Assembly (NCBI RefSeq): GCF_021869535.1
Contig: NW_026262582.1
Location: forward strand, 40,920,001 to 40,984,000
DNA from: Mytilus californianus
Taxonomy: Eukaryota
Direction of reading: 5' to 3'
Length of the DNA stretch: 64,000 bases
The translations under genes and the position numbers were made by a program. Of this stretch, positions 12,279-24,745 are shown one piece after another. The notes below the pieces were generated by a model. That model saw only the letters and a list, made by a program, of their open reading frames with translations, did not search any database and had not been told where the DNA came from. Positions within the stretch are counted from its first letter, which is position 1; every line of letters begins with the position of its first letter.

Positions 12279-14653
12279 ATGAACTCGTGTACAAAGTGTC
12301 AGTATAGTGCAAGAAAATTGTCAGAACTAGTACTGCGTTACAGGTTTAATCATCAACAGGAACATGATTTCCAAATATCCTGTCAAGTACATAATTGTGC
12401 CAAAACATTTAGGTTAACAGAATCCTATTTGAAATATGTAAAAAGAAAACATAAGGATTTTCATGAGGAACATTTTGCAAGATGGAAACAGTTCTACCGG
12501 GACCCAGATACACTTTCTTCTCTTCATGAATTTCAGAATGATCACGATAATCATTTTATGGACCATGATGGTGATCCTGTAGAAATTGATCAGAATCAGG
12601 CAGAAAATGTTATTAATTTTAAAAGAAAATTGGAATTATTTTTACTAAAATTAAGGGAATGTAACAATTTACCTTCAAAGAAAACATTTAGGTGAAAAGG
12701 GCATAGACAGAGACTTGATAGATAGTGTTAAAGATGTTTTTTTTTGTCAAACACAAATTGAAGTGGCTTGTAATGAACTAAATACAGAGTACAAGTTGAA
12801 CAAAATATAAGGCAACATTTTGGATTTGTCAGCCCTGTACAGTTCAACTTATCTAATCATCGAACTTCTCGTAAGAATGGAAAATACCAGTATGTGCCAA
12901 TTTTACAAACTCTGAAAAAATTACTTGAGCATGATGATGTTTTTTCATTTGTCATGAACAATCATCAATCCAGTAATGGTATTTTTAGAGATTATTGTGA
13001 TGGGGAGTAATATAAAAAAGTGAAGTATTTGAAACAGATGACAAATCTTTGCAAATAATACTTTACTATGATGACTTTACCGCTAGTAATCCAATAGGAA
13101 ATAAAGTAAAAAAATTCAAACTTGGTGGATTTTATATGCTTTTGGGCAATGTTCCTTCTAAATATAGATCTCAACTTTATGTTATACAATTAGCAATTCT
13201 TTGTATGTCAAGTCTTATAAAAACAGAGGGATTTAGTGCTGAAAGATTTAAAATTATTAGAAGAAGAAGGTATTACTATCATGAAGTCTGATGGTGAGCA
13301 CAGGTTATATGGGACAGTTACAGAAGTTGTAGCAGACAATCTTGGGGCACATGCGGTTTGAGGTTTCCTCGAGTCGTTCAATTCTTTAAGGATCTGTCGT
13401 CATTGTTTTGTTACAAAGCAGGACATGCAAACGATGTTTTCATGTAACGGTTTTACATTAAGAAATATTGCTATGCATAAAGCCCAGTTAGCTAATGTAG
13501 CTCAAGATTCAACCATGTCATCAGTTTATGGAATAAAAAATGACTCTCCATTTAACAGTCTAAAATATTTTCATGTTGCTGAAGGGATGCCCTCAGATTT
13601 AGCCCATGACCTTTTTGAGGGTGTAGATTTTGAAGTTATGACTAACACTATTGGCTATTGTGTGAGGGAAAAATTCTTTACATTAGAAGAACTCAATAAT
13701 ATTATTACAAAATTTGAATTTTGCACTATAGACAAAGCAAATAATCCAACAACTGTTTCAAATCAGTTGCGAAACTTAAAGGTAAAGCAAACTGCAGCTC
13801 AGATTTGGTGTTTGCCCGTTTTTTGCCTTTAATGGTCGGTGATAAAATTCCTTATAACAATCCGAAATGGAAAACATTTCTTTCACTTAGAGATGTTTTA
13901 TTTTATGTGTGTGCACCAGTACTTGATAGAGGACATATCATGGTAATGCAAGATATAATTGAGGAGTTCCACGAATATTATCGGGAAAACTTTCCAGAAG
14001 AAACAGTGAAACCAAAATTTCACTATATATTGCATTACCCAAAACAAACTTTAGATTTTGGACCTTTAATTCATTTACAAACCATTCGATTTGAAGGTAA
14101 ACACAATTATTTTAAAGAATTAGTGTATAGAACCAAAAACAAGAAAAACATATGCAAATCCTTAGCTGAACGTCATCAGTATTACCAATGTATCTTCAAT
14201 GTTGCTTCAAATTTTTTCGACTTTGGACAGATTGAAACAACAGATGGCAATCTGCTTCCAATGTGTTTGTTGAGGACGGAATTTCGTCAAGCTTTACAAG
14301 TTCATGTAGGTGATGCATTGGATGTATTTGGTTCTAAATCCATTGATTTCATGGGCATTACTTATCGCAATGGGGAATGCATTGTAAGCGCACAGCAGGA
14401 TGGGCACTTTATTCAGTTTAGTAATGTTAAACATTGTTTAGTGATTGCTGGTGCCCAATACCTATTATGTACAAAAATGTCAACCATTGACTTTGATCGA
14501 CACTTTTATGCCTTCATTGTTGAAGATTCGACTGTATGTGAAATAATTAAAATATCGGATTTAATTGAACCACATCCATTTGGAGTTTACTCACATCCTA
14601 CTATAAACAATTCATCAGTTGTTATTATGAAGCATATGGTACATGTACCTTAA
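12279..14653 (+). pseudogene. CACTA/EnSpm transposase with frameshifts and stops
   Basis: N-terminal degenerate C2H2 fingers (CTKC..., CQVHNC..KRKH), then FLLKLRE, YQYVPILQTL, LYYDDF..NPIG..KLGGFY..LGN, VADNLGAH..GF.ESF...CRHC, YGIK..SP...FH....DLAHDLFEGV and PKFHYILHYP...FGPL....RFEGKHNYFK. These are the conserved CMC DDE transposase motifs. Confidence 0.93.
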
Positions 14654-15598
14654 CTTCCATAGAAAAGTAAGATTTTGTTATTTTGCTGTTGATTAGTTTT
14701 GACCAGTATTGATCGTGTTGATTGCTGTTATTGTTATGTAGTAAAACAGCACATTTCTGTAACTGCCAGTTTAGTTATAAAGTAGATATTTACTGTTCTT
14801 AGGACTGCCGAAAATTTCTGTCATTCATCTAACTATGCTAGCATAATAGCATTATAATTTTCTTCAGAAATTGACTTTAAAGAAAAATCATTTTTTTACT
14901 TTCAAACTGAACATAATTTGTACCTTAATGCTCTCTGGCATCTATTAAATATAAATGTGTAGGCACTTACTAGTATATAATGTTTTAACAAATTGTATAC
15001 ATGGTAAATATGATGATGTTTATTTAAATTGAAATATTTTTATTTACAGGTCATTGATTTGAATTGAATGCACCATGGAGCGAAAGTTTTTGTTGTTAAA
15101 TTATGGTGAAAGGACAAAAAAAATATCTGTGACTGATGATTTAAATGTAAATTTTATTCAAGAAAATGTTCAATCAAAATTTGGTTTGAATGATCATGAT
15201 GTACATCTCCAAATTTTAGACAATGATGTAGGAGAGTACATCGACTTGGATACAAATGAAGATATAAATTAAGAAGCAAATATAATCAGAGTAAAAATAT
15301 CAAAGGCATTTGTAAGTGCGTATTCCCAAGAAATTCCAAGAACAACAGCTTGTACTCCCTCTCCGTCGCCAATTGTTAATGAATCAACAGAATAAATCAG
15401 TACCTGTTCATAACCATTACCTACATGTACATCTATCAACTTGAACAGCCCATCGAGACATGTACCTGCATCTAGCAACATATGCATGAACAGCCCATCT
15501 GGAGTAGAGATTATTGGTAGTGATGTGCCCACCACAAAAAAAAAAAACAGATAACACGGTGAGATTTAATGGTGTATTTTTTCTTGTAAAATATTATT

Positions 15599-15905
15599 AA
15601 GGAATGACTGTAATATTTTTTCTGTCTATGAAGAAATAACATCAAAAATGTGGTGCACACTGAATAACCCGCGTAGCGGGTTATTTTAAAGTGTGCACCA
15701 CATTTTTTATGTTATTTCGAATAGACAGAAAAAATATTACAGTCATTTCTTATAATTTAATTCTAAATTCCATTTTAAATCGTAGTAAACCATGAAAAAA
15801 CGTTGATGACGTCACGGTCACATGACAAAATTATGTCTATGAGCTGATAAACAAAACAACGTCAGCCAATCAGAAGACGCGTTAAATCCAAAATTAAATT
15901 ATTAC
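15599..15905 (+). mobile_element. Fold-back element (Crypton-like non-autonomous family), copy 1
   Basis: Arms of about 60 bp (15599-15661 and 15690-15751) around ATAACCCGCGTAGCGGGTTAT, followed by a unique tail. An inverted near-identical copy lies at 28690-28992. The Crypton assignment is tentative. Confidence 0.7.
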
Positions 15906-18287
15906 TACATAAATTGTTACATTAAATTTTTAGTATACATGATATATGGTAAAGTGTTAAAGAATATTGTGTTGTTGATTATTCATAGTGTGGACCATTG
16001 TTCATCATGTTCAAACTATCAGTACTATGTTATACAATGAAATAATTTGCAATTAATCAATCTTTGGTTGATCTATTTAGACTGGTTTATACTAGTATCT
16101 TTAATTAATGTTTCTGTAATCACCGTCCACTGTTGAAAAGTAATGAACCAATCTTTTAGTGACGTGTACAGTGTAAAGGAACTGATCGCCATATTATAAA
16201 TTTAATAAGGGTTCATTTATTATTGTTTTTAATACACCTTTTATTTTGGTTTAGGAAACAATGGCCTAGAATTTACCCCTTTCCATCTGCCATTGCACCT
16301 AGGGCATTATATATCAAAATAGAAAGAAAAGAACCTCTTGAAAAATCAGACAGAAGTCGACTGCTGGATACAATTTATAACAATGTAACACAGTTTGAAG
16401 GTGGTCTGTAAGTAATAACATGTAGAATAAGCAATGTTTTCTTTTTAAAATGAATATTATGTGGTTCATGTATGATTTCTCTCCAATAATAACAGGTAAT
16501 AAAAAAAAATGTGTCTAAGTCCTACATTATTGTCTGGAATTATGCTTTAATACTAGTAGTATTTTTTTTAAGGAAGGATAAATTCTTAAACACAAAAATA
16601 TACATTTATACACAGGTTTCCTGGTTTTAGACCAACGTCTTTAAATCAACAGATATAAATTCTTGGGTTGAGAAACTTTTTATCTCAATTATTGTGTGGG
16701 TTTCAATTTGTCATAGGTAAATCACAATTATTGTGTGGGTTTCAATTTGTCATAGGTAATAAAATCTGGAGAGAAAAAAAAATTTGCAATGATATGTGAA
16801 TTATTTTTTTCAGCTACCCCTCATCAGACATGTATGACCAGATAGTGGACGGGATTCTTAGGGAATTTTCCATGATTATGCAAGAAAGTGGAATACCACT
16901 TCAGTCGGTTAGAGTAAGTTTGCAAGAAATTGCTTTTCATATCATACTATGATATATATCTCATGAATTCTGAAATGCAAAAGAACAATATATTCAAGAC
17001 TTAGAAAGTTTTCAATTGTCAAAAAGTAAGAAGAAACGTTTATTTGGAAAAAATTTTACATGTTCAATGGATATTCTCATTATTTATGTTTTTACTAGTA
17101 ATCTACTTCAAGAATATATGATATTAGAGTGTAGCCTGAATATATGATATCCACCAAGTAGATTTTTCAATTTTTCTTATGATTTCTTATACATAAGTTT
17201 TCACAATATTATCTTGTATGTTTGTAGTAAACCTGAAACACTGTGAAATTAAAAAAAATATCTCCCCTTTCTTGATGTGACGTTAAATTTAGAATTACTA
17301 TCTACTTTTAAAGGTCTATTGGAGAGAGAAATTAAAACATAAATGGCAGAATGAAAGAAAATCAAAGGATAAAAATCTCCCTGAAGTAAAGGCAAAGAAG
17401 AGGAAGATAACTACCGAGTTGAAAGATGATATGCCAAAAGCAAAGAAAAACTAAACATGGGGAATGTCCAATTATTTGCCAATGAGGCCAGATTCTGAAG
17501 ATTTGGAATCCATAAAAATGCACAAAACTTGGCTAAAGCAGGAGTACAGAAAAGTTGATCAAGATTTTAGACTGGTTGACATGAAAATGGGCCATACATT
17601 TTCTGACAGAAGAAAGATATAGTTCAAGATGGAAATATTTTATCAGAAGTTATTAAAGAATATCCATTTTTACCAGACAGAAGACAGGTATTATGTATTT
17701 TAGGACTTTATTGTAATGATCAAAACACGGAGTAATGTTCTGAAATTTAGATTTTGAGTTATTTTCTTTTTTCTGTTCTGGTATTAAATTTTTTTTTAAT
17801 TTTCTTTCAACATTTATGTATGAAAAGTTTTTAAGACAACCATAACTTTGACAATCCGTCATGGAATTTTAAGAAATTTGTTGCTATTTTTAGACACAAT
17901 ATATCTTGTATATACTGTATATATTTATTTATATTGTCTGCTTAACTTACAGTTACTTCAAGAATTTGCCAGACTAGGACCTAATACGGATAACAAAGAA
18001 TTGGAAGACCTCTTCTTTGATGGTTTTGATTCGTACAGAGAAGTGATAGTGAAGTTATCCAAAGGGAAGAAGCTGCATAAATTTGAAAAAGAAATTTATG
18101 ATTTAATAGCTGATCTGATGACCAGAGAAAAAGTAAGTTTATCATTTTATTATTGTGTTTCTCTAGTTGAAACATAATTTGTTGGTACAACTAGTATTTT
18201 TTTTAAATCTTTTTGTCTTTGGTACGTTTAAGCTAGCTTCAACTGATCCCTTGTGAACTAGCATGTTAAAATGTTAAAAAAAAAGGA

Positions 18288-18400
18288 CTCAGTGTGTTGG
18301 TCTAGTACAAACCAAAGTTGATATTCATATCTCATTAGCATGTTCTCATCCTGAATATGCATTTAATTTTCACTGGATGTTAAACAGCCATCAATCGATC
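18288..18400 (+). mobile_element. SINE 3' fragment (V-SINE-like) in an accessory-gene intron
   Basis: GTGTTGGTCTAGTACAAA..CCTGAATATGCAT..CACTGGATGTTAAAC matches the 3' part of the SINE at 63405-63762. Confidence 0.55.
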
Positions 18401-20813
18401 TATCGAAACAAACACATTAGAAATGAGATTTTTATAAAAATATAAAATTATATAAGGCATATACATGTATAATCTGACTAATAGAAGATATAGAATTAAT
18501 ATTACATGTACTGTTGTAAGTGAACTTATGGTATATGAAAGATAGTTTTAGATTAATTTTAATATGTATTATTAAATGACTATGAATTTTCTGTTTCCTC
18601 ATTAGCAAAAATCAAGAGAGGTTAAAAATTCTGTATTCGGAAAAAACTGACAAGGCTCGATAAAACTTCGCCCTTCCCCAGTTTTTCAGCCTCATACAAA
18701 AAAGTTTATATTTTTCTGACATTGACCTAATATCATACATATATATATATAGTACAGAATGAGTGTATTTTTGTATAATAAAACTGTATTATGTTATATT
18801 TGTTGTTTTAGACACAAGTCAGTGCGCAGCCATCTTAGAAATTGCATTGCTTTTGAAGGAGAAGTTCAATCAGGTGCTGTACTTCAGTGATTCTGAAGAA
18901 ACAGAAGAACCATTTCTTCTGATAATCAAAGACAGAAGTTTAAGTATGGGGAATGACCTATTTGAACTAAAGGTAGATGGGGATGTGATATTCAGATGTG
19001 ACACTTTTCTTGAATTAATTACTGGATTGATAGCTTCAATTTATTGTTTCAATTTAGTCTATCCAAAACCTATTGAAAAATCATTGTTGTTTATACAAAA
19101 TTGTATCATGAGTTTAAATGATGGTGGGAAGGTTGATAAGAAGATTTTATCAGTAATAACAGAATTAAACAGAGAGAAAACTAAAACATTAAATTAGTAT
19201 TTGAATTTAATGAGATACTGTAAAGCTGTCTGGATCAAAGGATCATCTGTTGTCTACCTCATTTTTCTGATGTCATATCACAAAAGTCACACTTACATTG
19301 GTTAATAATTGTTTTTTTTTCTTCAATTCTACTTGACATTTTTGTAATCAATTGCAAAATATTTAAGCTTGAATCTGGATTATAAAATTTAGAATTAAAA
19401 CAAAAATGAAACAAAAAGATGGATTTATAACACAATCATCTAGATTTAAAGAACAGTAGGTAAAAGTCATCCTGATGCCATCCTTTCGGTTACATGTAGG
19501 TGTAATGATCCTACCACTATTGGAAAAGGAAGGGTGAGCTTTTGAGATAAAGATAATAATGAATAAGTTTAAATTATACATACAGTTATAATATTAGAAT
19601 CAACTTGTAGTATTTTGTATACATATTGAATAACAATTGTTCTGAAACTGTGTGTGATGAGTCATAAAAGTCAAATTTAGATAATTTTTTGTCATTGATA
19701 TCAGCCTGGCCCATAATGTTTTTTTTTATTTACTGTTAAATTTATATTCTGTAATGTTCATAGCACTAAAACTGTTTACAATATAGAAATGCATATATCT
19801 TGTTTTTAAGTTTGTCATTGATAAGATATTTTTACTGTTTTTCTGGGTATCCTGCGTGTGTCTTGCTTATAAATAGATTATATCATAATTATGAGAATTT
19901 GTAGTGTTTATTTTTTAATTTTGAAGAAAATAGTGTAAAATTGAATAGATGTTTCTGTCTAGTTTTATGTATATAGTTTAGGTTTATAGGTTTAGCAAAT
20001 ACAAAGGCCATCCCAAAGAAAGTTTGTCACAAGCTCTATTAGAAAAAAGGGTGTGGGTGTGTATTTTTACCTTTCTCTTTTTATCAAGTGACTTATGATG
20101 GAATTATAGTATATCTCAACTTAAATTTTGAATACCCAAACATGTTTAAAGTACTAAAAAATTCATTAAAGCAAGTGCTTGAGTTATGAGCAGTTATCAG
20201 TGTTGTCTAGATCTCACACTTTTGCATGGAAAGTGCTGCTACACATACATTGAAGGATACAGGTTAGAATTGTTTTATTCAAAACCATAGGCATATTATA
20301 CAGGGAATCGTTTTTTTTCAATGAACTTGGTGTGCCTGTTTAGTAGTGTAGATAAATGATAATAAAATGTTTAAACCTGAAATGTTTCTATGCATGCCTT
20401 TCTCGGTGTGTAATGTTTAACTTGACTGATGTCCTTAAACATAAATAAATGTTTATCAATTGATTTTTTTGTTGTCTTACTGCCTTGTATGACTATCAAC
20501 AACTGTAAAATATAACAGAAATTGTCATGATATAGCATATCTTGAGTATTTGGGTAGCAAAATTAAAATCAATATTTCAACTTGGTCTTCTTTTCAAGGG
20601 TTTATCATGAAATCATTTCCGGTAAATGTTACACACCTGTAACAATGTTTTAGGGGGTATATAGGAACCGACCTGTTTAATGTGCCTTCCAATTACAACG
20701 CCTCCAAAACAGCTAGATGAACATTGCATCAAAGTTTTAAGAGTATATACATTGTAGAAATCACACAGTCTGTCTGTCCATGTTCATTGCAAGGAAAGCT
20801 CCAAGATGCTTAA

Positions 20814-21278
20814 GGTGTAATACCACCAAATCATAGTACGTCACATCCGGTTGCATACGAAAATAGGTCGAAACAAAATATTCCCTTGAATTTGACAGTT
20901 GTAGGTAATTGATCCTACATTTCATTGCAGTAAAACATTTCTGGGTCATAAACATATATCTTGGGTATTTCAAAGCACCATTATTTTTTTATTTGGGGTT
21001 TCTATAGAATAATTTGGAAACTTGAGGTTACATGGTTACTAAAGCTTGTACACAGGTTAAGAAAGGGGGAAAATTTGATTGGTTAACTTCCAGTGATGGT
21101 TATTTTCTTATATGCAATGAAATGTTATGTGAATTTTTTTCTATAGTACTGGACAGGATAAAACTTTACTCATGCCAAGTATTTCTTTATTTGAAACAAA
21201 GATAAATTCTGCACAATGTTTTGAAAAGTGCAAATTTAACAAAGACTAATAGGGGAAAATCAATGGTGGTATTACACC
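20814..21278 (+). mobile_element. MITE copy 2 (GGTGTAATACCACCA TIRs)
   Basis: Near-identical to copies 1 and 3. Flanks are TTAA (left) and TAAT (right). Confidence 0.88.
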
Positions 21279-22181
21279 TAATATGGGAAGCTGTACATGC
21301 ACCTTTGACCTTGTGAGTACTCTCATGTGTTAAAATTTCTTGCTATTTAAGTGAAATATTACAAATAATGAAATATTCTGAGTGGATTGAGTCTCAAAAA
21401 CACATTTTATGAGAAAATTTCCTTGAAATAGGACTTTACCATGAATATTAGTTTACAGAACAAGCCATACTTAGAGTATTGGGGAGTTTTTTCTCCTTAT
21501 TTCTTATATTCTGCCATACCAGAAAATTTTTCCTAAGAAATACTTTAATAAATATATAGTTTTAAGTAAATGAAATTATTTTAAAAGCAGTAACAACAAA
21601 TTATTCACCAAAAGAGAAGCTTTTTATGTCCCTCTCTGGAACGCGGCGTAAATTTAAGTTTTACGTAAGGACTTATTGAAACCTCCTTGGAGACAGTAAA
21701 CTTTTATACGGATAGTTCATTCAGCTTGAATACTTCAATTAATCATTTATTATAACATTTCTATCATAAATGAGTGAAAGTTACCCCAAAATTTTTATTT
21801 ATTGGCCTAAAAAGTAGAAATTTTGAGGAAATTAGAGGTATAAATGGACCAAACGAGACCTTATAAGGAAGACAAAGAGGTCCATTAGTAGTATTTATCA
21901 TCCTAAAGTCATCTTTTGTATCATATTCAACTGTTTGTAGGCAGATGAGATAAATATTTGATCATTTATTGGTCCACACTATATTCTATCATGATGCGGC
22001 TTGGTTTGGATTTTTCGAAGAAATTTTGCTCGAATCGCTGTAGATGTCGTCTTACATTATACTAGATTTTTCTCAAACTATTGAACTGATTATGACAAAA
22101 CTTGACAGGAATGCTTGAAATAACCAGTATTACAAAGGAAAAAAATCACATTCAGTTTATTTAACAAAAAAGTCTTCTTTA

Positions 22182-22646
22182 GGTGTAATACCACCAAATC
22201 ATAGTACGTCACATCCGGTTGCATACGAAAATAGGTCGAAAAAAAATATTCCCTTGAATTTGACAGTTGTAGGTAATTGATCCTACATTTCATTGCAGTA
22301 AAACATTTCTCGGTCATAAACATATATCTTGGGTATTTCAAAGCACCATTATTTTTTTATTTGGGGTTTCTATAGAATATTTTGGAAACTTGAGGTTACA
22401 TGGTTACTAAAGCTTGTACACAGGTTAAGAAAGGGGGAAAATTTGATTGGTTAACTACCAGTGATGGTTATTTTCTTATATGCAATGAAATGTTATGTGA
22501 ATTTTTTTCTATAGTACTGGACAGGATAAAACTTTACTCATGCCAAGTATTTCTTTATTTGAAACAAAGATAAATTCTGCACAATTTTTTGAAAAGTGCA
22601 AATTTAACAAAGACTATTAGGGGAAAATCAATGGTGGTATTACTCC
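22182..22646 (+). mobile_element. MITE copy 3 (GGTGTAATACCACCA TIRs)
   Basis: Near-identical to copy 2, with one mismatch in the right TIR. Flanks are TTTA (left) and TTAA (right). Confidence 0.88.
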
Positions 22647-24369
22647 TTAAACTAAACAGATGAAACTTTACACAAATGTTGAGCACTACCTATTAAGCTG
22701 TGCATACGGATATAAGTTGGATTGATAATAGTGAACAGTATGATTAAACAGCTGAACAATAATCTTACTTAAAAATCAGTAAGATTCACTAATTATACCA
22801 GTAAATTGTAAAATTGCTTCAGTAAAAATAATGCATTCAGTAGTAATATATACCGAACCTTCTAGTAAATTTAACTAGTCATGATAGTTAATCTCATTGT
22901 GTTATCTTGTTATTATTACTTGTTGGTTAGTAAATAGTTACTGACATAGGCAGTTAAAAACACTAGATCTACTAGTAGAAATTTACTAGTTCAGATAGTA
23001 AATCTACTAACCCACTGGTGTTTTAATGGACAGAAAAATTTACTACCTTTAATAGTAAATTTTACAAGTTATTTTTTTTCAGTGGTTTTAAATCAAGAAA
23101 ATGTCCGTAATTCTCAAAGTTTGAAGGTAACGCTTGGCGGAATATTTCAATAAAGCACAATTAACACTTATTGGTTGATTTAGTTTACGCTATTGCAATG
23201 GCGTCTCCATCGTTCTATTCTATTTTTAAAATGCTTTTAGAAGTAGAAAAAGAATTATCATTATAGAAAAGTGGTCTTATTTGGTATATGTAAATGCTAT
23301 TGGTAAGAATCTAAAAAGTATTTCATCCCGAATTGTCAAGCTTATTTACATAATTCAAACCAGTTTTCAAAACAAAACTAGTGTATAAGTTTTCTTTTCG
23401 CCAAAGGTTTATTAACAAAGCTAATGACATATAACTTACTTCATAATATTTTGCTTTTTGAAATATAATTAATTCATTCCACTAGTATTATAATAGTTTT
23501 CGTTTTATAATTGCCTTCTACACAGACGTTAAGGTTTTGCATTGGACAGGATCGTATTTTATACACTGTAATGCATGCCTGTGTTCGGAAGAAAGTGACG
23601 GATATATGAATACAATGAGGGCATGATTTAGGCATCATCTAATATGGTTATAATATATAATATTTAAAATCATTAGATTGTGGTAAAAAGAACATATATA
23701 TTATATATACACATGTATTAGACATAAATGAGTTTGTATTCCTTAAATCTATTTTCATTTTCTAATATGTTTAAAACATTTCTATTTTTTTCAATTCTGT
23801 CTTTTTTTCCTCTATAAATCTGTAAAAATACATTAATTCTTCTTAGACTTGTCAGATGCACTCGAACCAAATCAGCTGGAAACTTTATGAATAACGAAGG
23901 TGAGGAGCACTGAAAAGTAAAAACCTTTTAGCCAAATCAAGCTGTGGCAGTGTATAACTAGGGTAGAATGATTTTAACAAATATAGAAGAACGTTATCAG
24001 GGTACTGTATGTCAACATGAAATGGTTTTAAACTAAGCTCAAGTTAGTCCAGAAAACGAAATATCCATCAACAAAGGGGTCGACTCAGCTGTAGCAACCT
24101 AATCAAAGATACTAGTCTTATATTTAAAATGGCTTGTCATTCACAGTTTATAATGTAAAATTGAATGTTTGTCGATATAGCGATGGCCAGGGCTAACAAA
24201 CGAACGTGTTGTCATAGATCAGACAACATTAATAATGCGTTTGGCTATTTTTATTATCATTATTAAAATCAGTCTGAACATTTCTATCATTTAAATGCAA
24301 ATTTGTCCTAAACTATCAATATACACTGAAATGTACTTTACAATGGAACTTATACATGTGATAGAAATG

Positions 24370-24745
24370 GCCCCAACGAGTGACTGGGGAATAGAAATAT
24401 GGTTAGTTTGGTCTTCTTCCGACAGGCAGTAAAACCCTCGCCAAAGTGGGACAATCGTAAGGCTGTGCGGAATGGTTCAAGTACGCAGCCACGTCTAGTC
24501 AGAATTGGGGCGAAATATCCGATTCCTTGTGCTCTCTGCAAGTTAGGGACACTTGCAAAAAACTCTTTGAGGGGCCTGTAGGTGGTCTTTTGCAAGGCCA
24601 AATTCCTTTCATTTTCCAGTGGCTGTCGAAATTCCCCTGGACGGCCTCAATTACAAAACCTAATTATTGTTGATTTGTTCTCGTCCTGTACATGCATAAA
24701 ATATTTGCCACTGGACGTTAAGCAACTATCAATCATCAGTTTGAT
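24370..24745 (+). mobile_element. SINE (MetaSINE-like central domain)
   Basis: The GCAGCCACGTCTAGTCAGAA block is shared with 45165-45450. The 3' end ATATTTGCCACTGGACGTTAAGCAACTATCAATC is shared with 42250-42290 and 62260-62300. The family name is from recall and tentative. Confidence 0.6.

Larger units (their letters stand above)
9764..19197 (+). pseudogene. CACTA accessory (ORF2/TnpA-role) gene, multi-exon, disrupted
   Basis: Canonical GT-AG exons at 16255-16407, 16814-16913, 17314-17687, 17953-18132 and 18812-19197. They translate to TQFEGGL-YPSSDMYDQIV..-VYWREKLKHKWQNERK..WGMSNYLP..ED..H..L..E..TFSDRR..-LLQEF..-..PKPIEKSLLFIQ, the pattern of animal EnSpm second ORFs. An exon from 15050 carries a beta-grasp/PB1-like segment. 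The 5' exons (9749-9839; about 11375-12250) are tentative. Several in-frame stops. Confidence 0.75.
9128..23084 (+). mobile_element. Full-length decayed CACTA/EnSpm (CMC) DNA transposon, 13957 bp
   Basis: Left TIR CACTGAAAAAAATAACCAGTAAAATGTACT (9128-9157). The reverse complement of the right TIR is CACTGAAAAAAAATAACTTGTAAAATTTACT (23054-23084). 2-bp TSD GT at 9126-9127 and 23085-23086. It contains transposase and accessory genes and subterminal AGTAAA..TTACT repeats. Confidence 0.93.

Noticed and set aside
20761-22341. Near-identical ORFs MKYPRYMF...
   Set aside because: They start inside non-coding MITE copies and run into unrelated flanks.
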